A stretch of DNA of 63,250 bases. It comes from Rhizaria sp. SCN 62-66. Lineage: Eukaryota. Every line of letters begins with the position of its first letter. Position 1 is the stretch's first letter. The stretch lies in the NCBI GenBank assembly GCA_001724265.1, contig MEDY01000024.1, positions 62,001 to 125,250 on the forward strand. Direction: 5' to 3'. Shown here one piece after another: positions 61,201-63,250 of the stretch. Below the pieces are notes generated by a model that was given only the letters and a program-made list of their open reading frames with translations, did not search any database and was not told the DNA's origin. Made by a program: the position numbers and the translations under genes.

Positions 61201-63250
61201 TGCGGTACTCAACGATGGCTCGTTTGTCACACTTCCCGTCTCCCGCAGCTCCGACTTGTTTGAGTCGCTTTTCCCTGGCTCTGAGCTCTCTGCCATTCTC
61301 ATCGATATCTCGACCGCGAGCGCTGTGACTGTCTTCACGCACACCTCGACCCGCTGCACTGTGCGCTTCCTCCGCGACCGCTCTAGCCTCACCGTCAGCT
61401 CCGGCAACGTGCTCAGCTACAGCTTTACCACTGCGCCGCACATGCGCGCGCTCACGCTCGATGTCGCCAACACTGACGCTCAGGGCGCCGCGACGGCGAC
61501 TGTCAGCGTGACTGTGAGCCCGCGTACCAACTTTGCGTTCCTCAGCGCCGGCGACGTCATCACTCTGCGTGGCGCGTTCAACGTGTTCAGTGACGCTGCC
61601 AAGTGCGTGTCCTCGCTCGATACCGTTGCGATGCGCCCGAGCGCGACTGCGGACGGCTTCGACATTATGTTCAAGCGCAGCACTGTCCCCGGCGACTCCG
61701 TCACTGTCTCGTGCACCGGTATTGCTGTCGGCGCCAACGCGGCCTCGTCCATCGTCGCGACCATGACGCCTATTAGTGGAACCCCTCTGTCGTTCACTGT
61801 GCGCCAGCACAAGATGTCTCTGTTCACCATTGCGGCCACCAAGCTTGCGGCTTACACGCCTGCGCCTGTCACCGTGCCCTCATCTGCGTTCACGCTCGGC
61901 TTCACCGTGCCGTACGCCGACAGTGAAAGCAGCCTTACGCTCACCGTCTCTGCGCTCCCCGCTGCGCTCCCCGCTGGTGACAGCGTTATCGTCGCGTTCC
62001 CCGCTGACTACACGCCCGTTGTCGCTAACTCCGCGTCCGTTGCATGCTCTGACGCCAACGGCGCTGAGGTTCAGATGACCGCATCCGCCGCTGGCCTGCG
62101 CTTCAACATTGTCAGCGGCTCTGTCAACGGCGTCAGCAGCGTGATCACATGCCTGCCCGTCCGCACTGCGCCTGGCGTGTTTGCTGGTGCCAAGCTGCCC
62201 ACGACCTCTGTTACTGTTACTAAGCCTCTTGCTGACGGTTCTGTGGCGACGCGCTTCACCGCCGAGGCCGTTGCGCTGCCCGCGCTTGCGCTCCTGCCCG
62301 ACGCCATCGAGCTCGCCTCTGCTTCCATCGCGCCGGCTGTTGGCTCCGCATTTATTGCCGGCACGCAGAACGAGGCTGCGCTTGTGACCCTGCCTGCGCT
62401 GCCCGTTGCGCTGCCCGCTGGGGCCGAGATCTCTGTTACTGCAGCGCTGTTTCGTGACACCGCCTCCAACGGTAATATTGACTGCGCTGTTGTAGGCGAC
62501 TTTGCGGCCGCTTTCCCGGCCATTAAGGTCGACGGAAGCACTGGCAAGATCTCCGCGAGCGCTATCGCCGCCGTTCCTGTTTCCGCCAAGGCTATTGTCA
62601 TCCGCTGCGGTAACGTCGGCATCCCCCAGAAGTTCGCCGCCGCCTCCGCTGCTGCGGGTTCCTTTGTGATCACCGCGACGGCGTCGCTGGCCCCGCGTCA
62701 GTACGTCCTGGCCAAGGGCGCTGTCTCCGCCGCCGCCATCCGCGGCTCCGGCTCCGCCAGCTCGTCTTTCTTGGCGGCCGCTGTCGGCGAGGCTGGCAAG
62801 ATGAAGTTCCTCTTCTCGGACATGGCTGTGTTCAACTACAAGTCCTGGCTCTGGGGCTCGCTGTTCGACGGCTACAAGATCGAGAAGCTGCCCAACATGG
62901 AGCTCGAGTTTGAGGTTGCGCTGCCCGCGACTGTCAAGCCCCTCGCGTCCGGTTTCAGCTGCGTCATGGATCCTTACTCCATCCAGCTCCCTGGCGTAAC
63001 CGTCTCCCTTGCCTCTGTCAACGTCGCGGCCAACACCTTCCGCTTTAAGACCGTCGGCCCCATTGACGGCGACGGCCTCGCTGTCGTTTGCGCCAACCTT
63101 GTCGCTGCCGCCTCCGCGCCTCACGTCGCCGCCCCCGCTGTCACTGCCTACGTCGCCGGCGTCGCCGAGCCCATCTTCCAGGCTGTCCACTCTGGCCGCG
63201 CCACCTACGCCCCCTTCGCCCCCGTCGGTGCTGCCGAGGTTGCTGCGTCG
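52265..63250 (+). CDS. Giant secreted/surface protein with ~455-475 aa tandem beta-rich Cys-containing repeats; three in-frame TAG codons; 3' end beyond the window
   Basis: The listed ORFs 52265-54223, 54227-54628 and 54644-55429 share one frame and are separated only by TAG. From 55430 the frame is open: I read it to about 61100, and the ORF track lists no terminated ORF in that frame afterwards. Hydrophobic signal-like segment LLSFCIFALLSLLFVTAAA. No introns seen in the CDS. Confidence 0.85.
52820..58345 (+). repeat. Diverged tandem protein-coding repeat, period about 1.36-1.42 kb
   Basis: SF[RY]xxP anchors at 54185, 55607, 56969 and 58340 (spacings 1422, 1362, 1371 nt), plus a weaker one near 52823. 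Shared motifs EGMF..G.AVLRCDS, HFYT..I.VP, FWTNFNG (near 56233 and 57613) and VPVLP.EA[DE]VT. Confidence 0.8.

Noticed and set aside
52265-63250. Pseudogene with nonsense mutations
   Set aside because: Decay should also give TAA, TGA and frameshifts. Only TAG occurs in 11 kb, and the same feature appears in an unrelated gene.

Overview
Gene-dense nuclear DNA of a eukaryotic microbe, with GC-rich exons and AT-rich introns of 128-270 nt. It is probably a flagellated protist, since it carries an RPGRIP1L/MKS5-like transition-zone gene. I reconstructed 13 complete genes by hand: a small acylated zinc-ribbon protein, ProRS, an RCHY1/Pirh2-like E3, RRP40, a pseudokinase-NEK6/7-like kinase, RPGRIP1L-like, a GSTCD-like methyltransferase, PEX19, an F-BAR/SBF2-like protein, AFG1, an M12B metalloprotease, exportin-1 and a UBA1-like E1. 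A 14th gene is a giant (>3,660 codon) repeat-built secreted or surface protein that runs off the right edge. Main signal: four in-frame TAG codons sit inside otherwise intact coding sequence in two unrelated genes (28054-28056 on -; 54221, 54626 and 55427 on +), while none of the 13 complete genes ends in TAG (11 TAA, 2 TGA). This points to a nuclear genetic code in which UAG alone is a sense codon, tentatively Gln. Second signal: all 24 coding-region introns have an atypical 5' splice site with +4C/+5G (mostly GTACG), including one GC-AG intron. No RNA genes, CRISPR arrays or clear mobile elements were recognised. All family calls are from motif recognition by eye, not database searches.
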